Shown here in pieces: positions 9,695 through 19,095 of a stretch of DNA of 64,000 nucleotides. The stretch's first letter is position 1. Each line of letters opens with the position of its first letter. The notes beneath the pieces were generated by a model. It was not told where the DNA came from and did no database searches. It saw nothing but the letters and a program-made list of their open reading frames with translations. The position numbers and the translations under genes were made by a program. Location: the NCBI GenBank assembly GCA_050916045.1, contig CP051526.1, positions 224,001-288,000 on the forward strand, written 5' to 3'. Origin of the DNA: Tepidisphaera sp. GTDB lineage: Bacteria > Planctomycetota > Phycisphaerae > Phycisphaerales > UBA1924.

Positions 9695-11020
9695 TCAGCG
9701 CCCGTCGCGCGATTCGATGAGGGCTTGGAGCAGGTTCTTCTCGAACTCTTCCTGCGCGTTCTTTGCGGTGTTCATCGCTTGCTTGAGCTGGGCGAGGATC
9801 TCGCCAAGAGCCGCGGGGTCGGCCGGATCCGAGCGGGCGATGGTGGATTCGAGGGTTTCGCCCAGAGCGCGGACGTCGCCGACGGCCTGGGCGTAAGCCC
9901 GGGCCGAGTCGTAGACGAGCTGCTCGCGGAGTTCCTTGGTCGACGGCCGCTGCAGGACGCGCCAAGGCTGTGCGACGATCTCGTCGATCCCGATCTTGAG
10001 GCTGTCGGCGGCCTGCCGCGTGCTCGCGAGCGTCCGCTTGATGCCCGGAAGCTCGGCGGAAAGCTGAGCGACCGCGTCGCTGGCATCGTCGCTGATCTTG
10101 CGGAGCGATTTGGCGATCGCGGGGGCTTCGCGGGCGGTCTCAAGGACGAACCCGAGCGTGTCACCGGCGAGGCCGGAGGTGAGCACGTCCACGTTGCGGA
10201 AAATGCTGTCGAAACGGGCGGCGTTGTTGTCGATGAGCTTCTGCGTCGTGTCGATGACGCCCAAAGCCCGGTCCAGGCCGCTATCGACCTTGGTGATCAG
10301 CGGGTCGATGCGGTCGGCGCCGCGGTCCACCGTGGCGAGAATGTCGTCGAGAGATCTGGACCACTCGGGGAGCTTGCTCGCGAACTTGTCGATCGACTCG
10401 CCGGCGCGGTCGACGGCCTGCTGAAGCTTGTCCGAGTTGCCCGAGACGAGCTTGCGGGCGTCGCTCATGACCGTCGCGGTGTCTTCGACGATCTGCTGAA
10501 CCTTCGAAGCCTGCTCGGGGCCGAACCCGGCTTGCGCGAGGAACGCGGGCGGAGAGAGTGTGCCGCGGAGGACATCGCCCGCGTCGATCTTGTCGGTGGC
10601 ACCGAGACGGGCCACCGTGTTCCCGCCGGGTTGACCGGCGGAATTGATGCTGAGGGCCGAGATCGTGCCGAGGAGCGGCTTGTCCAGCGAGATGGAAGCG
10701 TTGTCGTAGAGCTCGATGTCGCTCCGCATCTCCACATCGACGAGCACCGAGAGCGGAATCCTGGACTCGGCCTTCGGATCCGACCATTCGTACCCGATCG
10801 CGGAGACCTGCCCGACCTGCTGGCCGCCAAGAAGCACCGCCGAGCCGGGCTTGAGGCCCGAGGTGCCGTCCGCCAGCGAGAACCGGACCTTGAACGTCTT
10901 GGACCAGCCAAGGGGCGTGCCGCCCGCGAACATGAAGGACAGCGCGACCGTTCCCGCCAGGCCGCCCACGAGGAACAAGCCCGCCAGCCAGTTGTACTTG
11001 CTCGTCGCCCATGAACTCAT
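9695..11020 (-). CDS. MlaD/MCE-family protein
   Basis: N-terminal TM helix, GLKPGSAVLLGGQQVGQV MCE motif, long helical region, PWRVL. Confidence 0.85.
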   Translation of the reverse strand: MSSWATSKYNWLAGLFLVGGLAGTVALSFMFAGGTPLGWSKTFKVRFSLADGTSGLKPGSAVLLGGQQVGQVSAIGYEWSDPKAESRIPLSVLVDVEMRSDIELYDNASISLDKPLLGTISALSINSAGQPGGNTVARLGATDKIDAGDVLRGTLSPPAFLAQAGFGPEQASKVQQIVEDTATVMSDARKLVSGNSDKLQQAVDRAGESIDKFASKLPEWSRSLDDILATVDRGADRIDPLITKVDSGLDRALGVIDTTQKLIDNNAARFDSIFRNVDVLTSGLAGDTLGFVLETAREAPAIAKSLRKISDDASDAVAQLSAELPGIKRTLASTRQAADSLKIGIDEIVAQPWRVLQRPSTKELREQLVYDSARAYAQAVGDVRALGETLESTIARSDPADPAALGEILAQLKQAMNTAKNAQEEFEKNLLQALIESRDGR

Positions 11021-11066
11021 GGCCAACAGGATAGCGGGCGGTCGGCCACCGCGGGGCCCGGGCTCG

Positions 11067-11972
11067 TCAGCGGGCCGCCAGCGTCAGCCCCACGTTCACC
11101 GCGTTGAACACCATGTGCACCACGATGCACGGACCGACCCTGCCCGTTCGGACCTGAAGCACGCCCAGCCCCACGCTCAGGACAAAGAGCGGGATCGTCG
11201 CGTGCCACGGCACCGCGCCTCCGCCCAGATGGGAGAGCGCAAAAAGGACCGACGTCAGCGCGATCCCCGTCCAGGCGTTCCGGCAGGCTTGGATCAGCGC
11301 CGTCTGGAGCAGCATTCGGTACATGATCTCTTCGACGATCGGAGCTCCGATCACGGCCGAGGCGATGATGACGCGGACCCACGGGTCGCTCGGATCGCTC
11401 ACGATTCGGTTCAACGCCTCGTGCTGGATCGGATTGGGAGCCTCGCCCTGAAGACGGGTCAGGATGAAGGTCAGAGCCGTCGAGGACGCGAGCACCAGCG
11501 GATAGATCGCCGCGAAACTCGCAAGCCCGATCCATAGGTCCCGGGCACGGAAAATCGACGAAAGACCCTTCGCCGAAGCCAGCACCGCGAGCGTCAGAGC
11601 CGCCGGGATCCCAAATCCGTGAAACCCCAGCGCGATCGCTCCACGCCCCGCGTTGGACTCTTTCACCACCACCTGCGGCCACGGCAGCACATCCCGCATC
11701 ACGAGTTGGGCTCCGATCCCGCACGCCAGGTACACCATCACCGCCGACATCAGAAGTGCCGTCCAGTGCTGCGTCGACGCCGGGGGCGCGAGCTTCTTCG
11801 AGAGCGAGCCCGGCCCCACATACCCCCTCGCCCAAAGCACCGCGATCGAAAGCGGGGCGGCGATCAGCATGACCAGCGTGAACCAAGACACCCACCCCGG
11901 CCCGGGGCTCGTCGGGCCCGTCGCGGGCTCCGGAACGGCCGTCGGCTGGGCCGGATACAGCTCGGGCTGCAT
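11067..11972 (-). CDS. CPBP (CAAX/Abi) intramembrane metalloprotease
   Basis: APIVEEIMYR, LFALSH, HMVFNA; true start uncertain and may extend to about 12095. Confidence 0.85.
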   Translation of the reverse strand: MQPELYPAQPTAVPEPATGPTSPGPGWVSWFTLVMLIAAPLSIAVLWARGYVGPGSLSKKLAPPASTQHWTALLMSAVMVYLACGIGAQLVMRDVLPWPQVVVKESNAGRGAIALGFHGFGIPAALTLAVLASAKGLSSIFRARDLWIGLASFAAIYPLVLASSTALTFILTRLQGEAPNPIQHEALNRIVSDPSDPWVRVIIASAVIGAPIVEEIMYRMLLQTALIQACRNAWTGIALTSVLFALSHLGGGAVPWHATIPLFVLSVGLGVLQVRTGRVGPCIVVHMVFNAVNVGLTLAAR

Positions 11973-12096
11973 GGTTATCAGACCTAAACATGCCGGCGCG
12001 ATCGCCAACGCCACCAGAACGCCGATGACCCCTGCGGTGCCGGCGTTCCGAGGGGCAACAATCTTGCCGGCGGCCCCAAGGCCCGATGGAGGCACG

Positions 12097-12933
12097 GTGA
12101 GCGATCTGCTGGCGGACATCGTGAGGCGCAAGAAGCTCGAGGTCGCCGCGGCCAAAGCCCGCGTGGCTTTCGAGACCGTCCGGGCGAGCGCCGAACGCCA
12201 GCCCGCCCCGCGCGATTTCGTCGGGTCGTTGCGGTCCGTGCGCAACAGCGCCGCCGTCATCGCCGAGGTGAAGCGGAAAAGCCCGTCGGCGGGCTGGATC
12301 CGCTCCGAGTGGTCGCAGGATTCGTTCGCGCCCGAGGTCATCGCCGGACGGTATGAAGCATGCGGAGCAGCGGCGATCAGTTGCCTCACCGACTTTGAGG
12401 GCTTTGGCGGCGAACTTGGCTACATCGGCCGGATCCGGGCCGCCGTGCGGATCCCGGTCATGCGCAAGGATTTCCTGATCGATCCGTACCAGATCTTCGA
12501 AGCCCGGGCCGCCGGTGCCGACGCCGTGCTGCTTATCGCGGAGTGTTTGGACGAACCCGCGATGCGCGAACTGCACGCGACGGCTCGCGCTATGAAGATG
12601 GGTGTGATCCTCGAATCGCACGATGAAGCGAACTTTGACCGAACGGTCGCGATCGCGGGTTCGGATCCGGGCACGCTCATCGGGGTCAATAATCGTGATC
12701 TCCGTACGATGAAGGTCGACCTGGGGCACACGCTGCGGCTTGCGGCCAGGACGAAGGATGTTTCGCGGATCGTGGGGGAGTCGGGGATCGGCGTGCCGGC
12801 GGATCTGGACCGTCTTCGGGAAGCCGGGGTTCGGATCGTTCTGGTGGGTGAGCGGCTGATGAGGCAGGCGGATCCGGGCGCGGCGCTGGCGGCCTTGCTC
12901 GCGGTAAACCAAGCGGAAGCAAAGCGGGCATGA
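12097..12933 (+). CDS. trpC: Indole-3-glycerol-phosphate synthase
   Basis: VIAEVKRKSPSAG, AISCLTD, MRKDFLIDPYQI, GVNNRDL, VGESGI; GGAGG SD before GTG. Confidence 0.95.
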   Translation: MSDLLADIVRRKKLEVAAAKARVAFETVRASAERQPAPRDFVGSLRSVRNSAAVIAEVKRKSPSAGWIRSEWSQDSFAPEVIAGRYEACGAAAISCLTDFEGFGGELGYIGRIRAAVRIPVMRKDFLIDPYQIFEARAAGADAVLLIAECLDEPAMRELHATARAMKMGVILESHDEANFDRTVAIAGSDPGTLIGVNNRDLRTMKVDLGHTLRLAARTKDVSRIVGESGIGVPADLDRLREAGVRIVLVGERLMRQADPGAALAALLAVNQAEAKRA

Positions 12934-12950
12934 TCGCCCTGGAGAAAACG

Positions 12951-14585
12951 ATGCACAACGGACGCGGACTGGTTTTGGTGGCGATCGTCGGTCTCGCGGC
13001 GAGTGCGTTCGCCCAGCCGGCCGAGACGGTGCAGGAAGCTCCGATCGCGCCGCCGCTGCTCGCCGAGCCTCCCAAGGACTCCTTGTCCGCACCCAAGCCC
13101 GCGGACGCCAAAGCCGAGCCGGCACCTTCTCTCAACCAAGACCCCGAAGCCAAAGCCGCGTTCGACCAGTTCGTCGAAGCGATGAAGACCATCAACTCGC
13201 TTTCCTTCGAGGTCTCTTTCGCCGTCGATGGAAACGGCAAAGAGATGTTCGGCACGACCACCGCCAAGATCATCGCGCGGCGCACCGAGACGGGCTGGGC
13301 GTATCGCATGACCGGCAAGGGCAAGCGGACTGCCAAAGCCGACGATGTCGAGTTTGATGTTCTCTACGCCGAGGGCAACGCTTCCTGGCTCGACAAGGAC
13401 GCCAAGAAGCTCTATGTCCGACCGACCGCGACGGCCCGCGGCAAGCCGCTTGAAGCCGCGAGTAATCTCCGCACCCTCAGCGACCTCTTTGTCGCTTCCC
13501 CGCTCGCCAAGGAGCGGGTCTCTCCGACGATGACCCTGCGCGACGCCGAGAAGGTCGGATCGGTCGATTGCATCGTCGCCGCGGTGACGGGCGCTCCCGG
13601 CACGATGTCGGGTGATTCGATCTTCGCGTTCGGCAAGGACGACCACATTCCGCGCCGCATCACGCGCGAGCGTTCCAGCAGCAAGGGCACCACCTCGATG
13701 GTGCTCGAGTTCTCGAACCTGAAGGTCGATGAGAAGTTCACCGACGCCGACTTCACTCTCGCGCTGCCCGACGGGTTCACCAAGGACGAGCAGCAGTCCC
13801 CGAAAGCCGCTTCCGCCACGCCGCCTGCCCGCGTGCCGGACAAAGCCGCGCCGATCGCCCCGCCGAAGAGCATCACCGACGCCGGCGAGGTCCTGACGCC
13901 CCCGACCGGTCCGGGAGCCGAAACCGGCGTTCCCGTCGCGACGCCCGTGGTCGGGCCGGATGGGCTGGTGACCCCGCCCGGCACCCAGCCGGGGCAGATC
14001 GTTCCCGCTCAGCCTTCGATCGTGAATCCCGTTCCGTCTCCGAACTCGCCGGCTTCGCCCGTTCCGACGAACGACGCCGGGCCGATGCAGGCGTTTGAAG
14101 CCAAGACCCTGGACGGCAAGACCGTGACCCTCGATTCCATCAAGGGGCAGCCGACGGTGGTCCTCTTCTTTGGCTCATGGTCGCTTTCGTCCAAGAAAGC
14201 GCTGCCCGAGCTCAAGGACCTTGCGACGCGTTACAAGGGCAAAGCCAACATCTACGCCGCCGCCGTCCGCCAGCGGGATTCGCAAGCCGCCGGCAAGATG
14301 GTCGCGGACGCCGGGCTTGATGTTCCCGTCATCATCGACGCGGACAAACTCGCCGATCAGTGGCACGTCGGCGCGTATCCCGCGCTCTTCGTCCTCGGCG
14401 CGGACGGCGAGATTCTCAAGAAGCCCGAGACAAGCAAGCTCATCGACATGTTCAGCGCGGCCAAGGCGGCGCTTGACAACGCGCTTGGAATGACTCCCGA
14501 GGCCGCTTCCGCGGCGGAGACCCAGCCGGACCTGCCGCTTCCGGGCGAAGCCGGCTCCGGCGGAGATCAGCAGCCTTCGAAGTAA
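12951..14585 (+). CDS. Exported protein: LolA-like N-domain, Pro-rich linker, TlpA/redoxin-fold C-domain lacking CxxC
   Basis: Signal peptide AFAQP; LDGKTVTLDSIKGQPTVVLFFGSWSLSS...LPEL and VGAYPALFVLGADG. Confidence 0.7.
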   Translation: MHNGRGLVLVAIVGLAASAFAQPAETVQEAPIAPPLLAEPPKDSLSAPKPADAKAEPAPSLNQDPEAKAAFDQFVEAMKTINSLSFEVSFAVDGNGKEMFGTTTAKIIARRTETGWAYRMTGKGKRTAKADDVEFDVLYAEGNASWLDKDAKKLYVRPTATARGKPLEAASNLRTLSDLFVASPLAKERVSPTMTLRDAEKVGSVDCIVAAVTGAPGTMSGDSIFAFGKDDHIPRRITRERSSSKGTTSMVLEFSNLKVDEKFTDADFTLALPDGFTKDEQQSPKAASATPPARVPDKAAPIAPPKSITDAGEVLTPPTGPGAETGVPVATPVVGPDGLVTPPGTQPGQIVPAQPSIVNPVPSPNSPASPVPTNDAGPMQAFEAKTLDGKTVTLDSIKGQPTVVLFFGSWSLSSKKALPELKDLATRYKGKANIYAAAVRQRDSQAAGKMVADAGLDVPVIIDADKLADQWHVGAYPALFVLGADGEILKKPETSKLIDMFSAAKAALDNALGMTPEAASAAETQPDLPLPGEAGSGGDQQPSK

Positions 14586-14616
14586 GCAGCATGTTCGTGC
14601 GGGCGGCCGCGAGCGA

Positions 14617-16251
14617 TCACTTCACCGCGTCAGAATCCGCCTGGACCTTCGTTGTCGGCACTTCGAGCTTCATCGCGCGAAGCACGGGGAAGTCCGTGTC
14701 CGGCTTGGCCCACGCGTCGAAGTAGTTCCACGTCGCGAGCCCGTCTTCGCTCATCGGTTCGAGCAGGTACACCGCGAGGCGGCCGAGGAGGCCGTCGGTC
14801 CGAACCACCAGCGATCCGGCGGGGACGTCGACCTCCGCTTCGCGTGTTTCGGCTTCGAGCGTGAGTGGGATCTGATTCTGGAAGGGTCGCGAGAGTGGTT
14901 TGGAGCTCGTGATCCGCTGCACCTGAACGGTGAGCTTGGCGGCTTGCGCGGTCGTTTCGAGCGTCAAGCCGTGGGCCGCGAGCACGCTCTGCACTTCCGC
15001 CGTCGGGCTTGGGATGATGTACGCGGCGGGGCGGTCGACCTCGAGAGCGGGGGTGAACCGGTCCCAAAGCTCAACCTCGTAGTCCTTGGGTTCGCCGGTG
15101 GAGACGCTGCGGCCGTTCTTTTCCGCTTCGACGAACCCCTTGACGGTGAAGGTGCCCGGCCACGCGCTCGCCTTGGACAGGATCGCCACCTTGGGCGGTG
15201 CTTGGTCCGCTTCTCCGACGATCCGGCGGATCTCGTCGCGATGGGCATCGGCCGCGTGGAGGATGGAGGTGCAGAACGCGAGGCTTCCGAGCACGCGGTC
15301 CTTGTACGACGCGTATGAGTAGCTTTCGACGAGGACGCTGAGCTTGCCGCGCAGGCCGAGGTAGGTCGTGCCGAACCGGGCTTCGGCGGGGAACGTCTCC
15401 CAGCGTGTGTGGGTGCGCGGCGGGTTCTCGTGATCTCCCTCGAAGTTGCCGTACCAGAACGTCGGGCGGCCGGTGGTGCTCTCGAAGTGCTGGGCGATCT
15501 TCGGCATGAACGTGTTTCGAGAGAAGTCGACGATGCGAGGGTCGCCCGCGGGAGATTTCGGCCCCGCGTAGGTCACGAGGTAGCGGTGGTGGCTTCCGTT
15601 GGTGGTGTGACAATCGACGACGACGGCGGGGTCCCAGAGGCGCACCGTGTTCACCAAAGCCCGGACTTCCGGGGTCTTGAGCTTGATGAAGTCGCGGTTG
15701 AGGTCCAGGCCCTGCGCGTTCTCGCGGATGCCGCATCCTTTCGCGGGCCCGATCTGGCCGGGGCGGTGTGTTTCGGTGGGCCCGATCTTGTCGTTGCTGT
15801 CGGCGTTGAAATTGGGCGCGATGATCACGACCAGATGGCGAAGCAGCGGGTGGTTCGGCTCGGTGGCGAGCGTGCGAGCGAGCATGCCGAGGGCTTCCTT
15901 GCCGTCGCATTCGCCCGCGTGGATGTTGCCGAAGAGAAACACCGTGAGCTTGCCGCTGGCTTTGGCCTGTTCGGGCGTGGCGACGGGCGGGTCGGCGATG
16001 ATCACCATCGGGATATCGCGGCCCTGGTGCGTCGTGCCCATCGATGCCCTGCGGACCAGCGGGAGCGTGGCGAGCGCATCAAGATGCTCGATCACTTCCG
16101 TTGAGGTCGAGGTTGCTTCGAAGCCGGACTTCTCCGCGACGGTGGGGAAGCGTTCGACGCTCGGGCCGGTGGGGGTGGCAAGGTCCTGGCCGCGTGCGGT
16201 GGCCGCGAGGAGCGTGATCGCGAGAGACAAGCCGACTTGACGGAGTGCCAT
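14617..16251 (-). CDS. M14-family zinc carboxypeptidase, exported
   Basis: NIHAGECDGKEA (HxxE), RENAQGLDLNRDF, VDCHTTNG. Confidence 0.9.
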   Translation of the reverse strand: MALRQVGLSLAITLLAATARGQDLATPTGPSVERFPTVAEKSGFEATSTSTEVIEHLDALATLPLVRRASMGTTHQGRDIPMVIIADPPVATPEQAKASGKLTVFLFGNIHAGECDGKEALGMLARTLATEPNHPLLRHLVVIIAPNFNADSNDKIGPTETHRPGQIGPAKGCGIRENAQGLDLNRDFIKLKTPEVRALVNTVRLWDPAVVVDCHTTNGSHHRYLVTYAGPKSPAGDPRIVDFSRNTFMPKIAQHFESTTGRPTFWYGNFEGDHENPPRTHTRWETFPAEARFGTTYLGLRGKLSVLVESYSYASYKDRVLGSLAFCTSILHAADAHRDEIRRIVGEADQAPPKVAILSKASAWPGTFTVKGFVEAEKNGRSVSTGEPKDYEVELWDRFTPALEVDRPAAYIIPSPTAEVQSVLAAHGLTLETTAQAAKLTVQVQRITSSKPLSRPFQNQIPLTLEAETREAEVDVPAGSLVVRTDGLLGRLAVYLLEPMSEDGLATWNYFDAWAKPDTDFPVLRAMKLEVPTTKVQADSDAVK

Positions 16252-16273
16252 AGCCCGATGGTATTCGAATCGC

Positions 16274-16990
16274 TCACCGGTCCTTGACGGGCCAGCCGGT
16301 CGCTTGCACGAAGAGGTTCTGGATCGCGCCCGTGATCTCTTCCGCGGACTTCTTGCCAGGCGGGCTTTCGTAGATGGGGAGGAGCGTCACCTTGCTTCGG
16401 CTTGGCACGGAGAGGCTTCCCCAGGCGCTGTTGGTGACGGGCGTTCCCTCGATGATGACGGGGAGCACGCGGGCTTTGGTCATGCGGACGAGGAGGCCGA
16501 TGCCCGGCGCGAAGGGCTTGAGCGTGCGGGGCGGGCGTTCGATGCTTCCTTCGGGGAAGACGCCGACGGTGCCGCCGGCGCGGAGATGGCGGATGGCTTC
16601 CTTGGCGGCGGTGGGGTCGTTGCCGGGCTTGCCGGCTTGGCCGCGATCAACCGGGATGATGTCGAGCCACTCCCACCACCAGTCCAGCGATGGGATCATC
16701 ATGTCGCGGCCCATCATCCAGCGGATCTCGAACGGGCACGCCGCTTGGACGAGCACCGGGTCGACGCCCGCGGTGTGATTCACGACGACGATAAGGCCGC
16801 GGCCGTCGGCCCGGGTCGGAACCGGCCCGCGCACCCGAAGCCCATGAAAGAGGCGGACATAGAGCTTGGTGAACGCGAGTCCGAACCCGTAGATCGCGTC
16901 ATTCCGCGGATTGTCCATGATGCGACCCGCCGCCCATCCGACGACAAGCCACAACCCCGCCACCAAGATGATGACAACCACGACGGACAC
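16274..16990 (-). CDS. Lysophospholipid (1-acyl-G3P) acyltransferase
   Basis: NHTAGVD (NHX4D), VFPEG, VLPVII; GTG start 5 nt after TAACAT. Confidence 0.9.
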   Translation of the reverse strand: MSVVVVIILVAGLWLVVGWAAGRIMDNPRNDAIYGFGLAFTKLYVRLFHGLRVRGPVPTRADGRGLIVVVNHTAGVDPVLVQAACPFEIRWMMGRDMMIPSLDWWWEWLDIIPVDRGQAGKPGNDPTAAKEAIRHLRAGGTVGVFPEGSIERPPRTLKPFAPGIGLLVRMTKARVLPVIIEGTPVTNSAWGSLSVPSRSKVTLLPIYESPPGKKSAEEITGAIQNLFVQATGWPVKDR

Positions 16991-17056
16991 CGCCGATGTT
17001 AGCACTTACTTCGCCGCATTTCGGCCCGTGACCGGCTCGGATCCGTATCCTTCTGC

Positions 17057-18472
17057 ATGAGCGATCTGTGGGCCGGACAACGCGCGGCCGCTCGGCGCAC
17101 CGCCGAGCCTCTGGCCGTACGCCTCCGACCCCGGTCACTTGCCGAATTTCGAGGCCAGGAGCACCTCCTGGGCCCCGGCAAGCTCCTCCGTCGGATGCTG
17201 GAGGGTGGGGCGATCACCTCCATCATCCTCCACGGACCCCCGGGAACCGGAAAGACGACCCTGGCCGAGGTCATCGCCGCCCATAGCAAGCGGGCTTTCG
17301 TCCGGGAGAACGCGGCGGGCGTCGGGGTCAAGCGGATCCGCGAGGTGATCGACGAAGCCGCCGCTCGCTTGGAGAACGCGGGCACCCGCACCATCCTGTT
17401 CCTCGACGAGATCCACCGGTTTACGAAAGCCCAGCAGGATGTGCTTCTGCCGGATGTTGAGCGCGGAGTGATCACGCTCATCGGCGCGACGACGGAGAAC
17501 CCGCTTTTCGCGGTCAACTCGGCACTCGTGAGCCGGAGCACGCTCTTCAGGCTTGAGCCGCTGAGCCAGGAGGCGATCAAGGAGGTCGTGCGGGCGGCGA
17601 TCGCGGATGCGGAACGCGGGTTCGGCAAGCGGCGGATCGACATCACGGAGGAGGCGCTTCACGTCTGGGCGATTCGGAGCGAAGGGGACGCCCGGCGGGC
17701 TTTGACCGCGCTCGAGGTCGCCGTCATGTCGTCGCGGGCGGGTGCGGAAGAGACGATCGTGATCGATCGCGAGGTCGCGGAAGCCAGCATCCAGCAGAAA
17801 GCCCCGGCGTACGGCGGCGCGAGCGGCGACGGTCATTACGACCAGATCTCCGCGTTCATCAAGAGTGTCCGCGGAAGCGACCCCGACGCGGCGCTGTACT
17901 GGCTTGCGAGCATGCTTGAAGCCGGGGAGGACCCGAGGTTCATCGCCCGCCGGCTTGCGATCTTGGCGAGCGAGGACATCGGCAACGCCGACCCGCGGGC
18001 GATCATGATCGCGGCGGCGGGGTATCAGGTGATCGAGCGGATCGGCATGCCCGAAGCACGGATCACGCTTGCCCAGATGACCACGGCGATGGCTCTTTCG
18101 CCCAAGAGCAACGCGAGCTACGCGGCGATCGAAGCGGCTCTCGCGGATGTGCGTGAAGGCCGGACGCTCGCCGTGCCGATGTACCTGCGCGATCCGAACA
18201 GTTCGCCCGTGTCGACCGATCCGCGCACCGGCGGAGCGGGCGTTCGCACCAAGCAAGCGGGCGGGCCGGGCGCGGAGAAGTACGAATACACCCACGATGC
18301 CGGCAACACCGGACAGGATTACCTCGGCGTGGAACGCGAGTATTACAAGCCCGGTGAGGTGGGAGCGGAAAAGGCCCATGCGGAAAGGCTGGCGGAGATC
18401 CGAAGGCTTCGGCGCGAGCGGCGGGACGACGGACGCGGACGGGAGGTCGGCGGTGACCGCGGAAACGCTTGA
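17057..18472 (+). CDS. rarA: Replication-associated recombination protein A (MgsA)
   Basis: PLAVRLRP, GPPGTGKTTLA, DEIHRF, IGATTENP, SAFIKSVRGSDPDAALYW. Confidence 0.95.
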   Translation: MSDLWAGQRAAARRTAEPLAVRLRPRSLAEFRGQEHLLGPGKLLRRMLEGGAITSIILHGPPGTGKTTLAEVIAAHSKRAFVRENAAGVGVKRIREVIDEAAARLENAGTRTILFLDEIHRFTKAQQDVLLPDVERGVITLIGATTENPLFAVNSALVSRSTLFRLEPLSQEAIKEVVRAAIADAERGFGKRRIDITEEALHVWAIRSEGDARRALTALEVAVMSSRAGAEETIVIDREVAEASIQQKAPAYGGASGDGHYDQISAFIKSVRGSDPDAALYWLASMLEAGEDPRFIARRLAILASEDIGNADPRAIMIAAAGYQVIERIGMPEARITLAQMTTAMALSPKSNASYAAIEAALADVREGRTLAVPMYLRDPNSSPVSTDPRTGGAGVRTKQAGGPGAEKYEYTHDAGNTGQDYLGVEREYYKPGEVGAEKAHAERLAEIRRLRRERRDDGRGREVGGDRGNA

Positions 18473-19079
18473 GGAACGCAAGAAGCGGACGCGGCGAGCG
18501 GTGGCGTTGCTCGTGGAGACGCTGACCGCGCCGCGGCTGGCGGAGGAATCGGCGATGGTCTGTCGGCAGTTGGCGGATCTGCCGGAGGTGCGCCAGGCCC
18601 GGGTCTTGATGGCGTACGCGCCCACGGACCGCGAGGTGGACTGTCGGGAAGCGTGTCGTGCGGCGCTGGCGGGGGGACGGGTCGTCCTTCTGCCCGCGAT
18701 TGACTGGGACGCGAAGGTGCTGATTCCGCGGCGGGTGACCAGCGTGGATTCCGGCCTTGTCGTTCGCAAACACGGCATCCCGGAGCCCGTGGCGGCGCCG
18801 AATGAGATTGGCGCGTCGGAGCTGAGCGAGATTGACGTGGTTTTCGTCCCCGGAATCGCGTTTGATGAGGCCGGGAGGCGTCTCGGGCGGGGCGGGGGGT
18901 TCTATGATCGTTTCTTAAGCCGGATCCCGGCGCGGACGCGTCGGATCGGGCTGGCGTTGGAAGTTCAAGGCCTGCGGGAGGTTCCCGCCGGCGAGCAGGA
19001 CGCCCGCGTGGACGCGGTCGTGCTTCCTTCGCGTGTGTGGCGGTGCCCCCCCAGGGATGGATCGGGGCTGGCCCGCTGA
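18453..19079 (+). CDS. 5-formyltetrahydrofolate cyclo-ligase
   Basis: GIPEP, DVVFVPGIAFDEAGRRLGRGGGFYDRFL. Confidence 0.93.
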   Translation: MTAETLEERKKRTRRAVALLVETLTAPRLAEESAMVCRQLADLPEVRQARVLMAYAPTDREVDCREACRAALAGGRVVLLPAIDWDAKVLIPRRVTSVDSGLVVRKHGIPEPVAAPNEIGASELSEIDVVFVPGIAFDEAGRRLGRGGGFYDRFLSRIPARTRRIGLALEVQGLREVPAGEQDARVDAVVLPSRVWRCPPRDGSGLAR

Positions 19080-19095
19080 TTTCGGAGATTGCGCA

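Noticed and set aside
14170..14200. Selenocysteine recoding at the redoxin active site
   Set aside because: Codons are TCG and TCC (Ser); no in-frame TGA
18420..18472. 6S RNA upstream of 5-formyl-THF cyclo-ligase
   Set aside because: Gene overlaps the rarA 3' end, leaving no room
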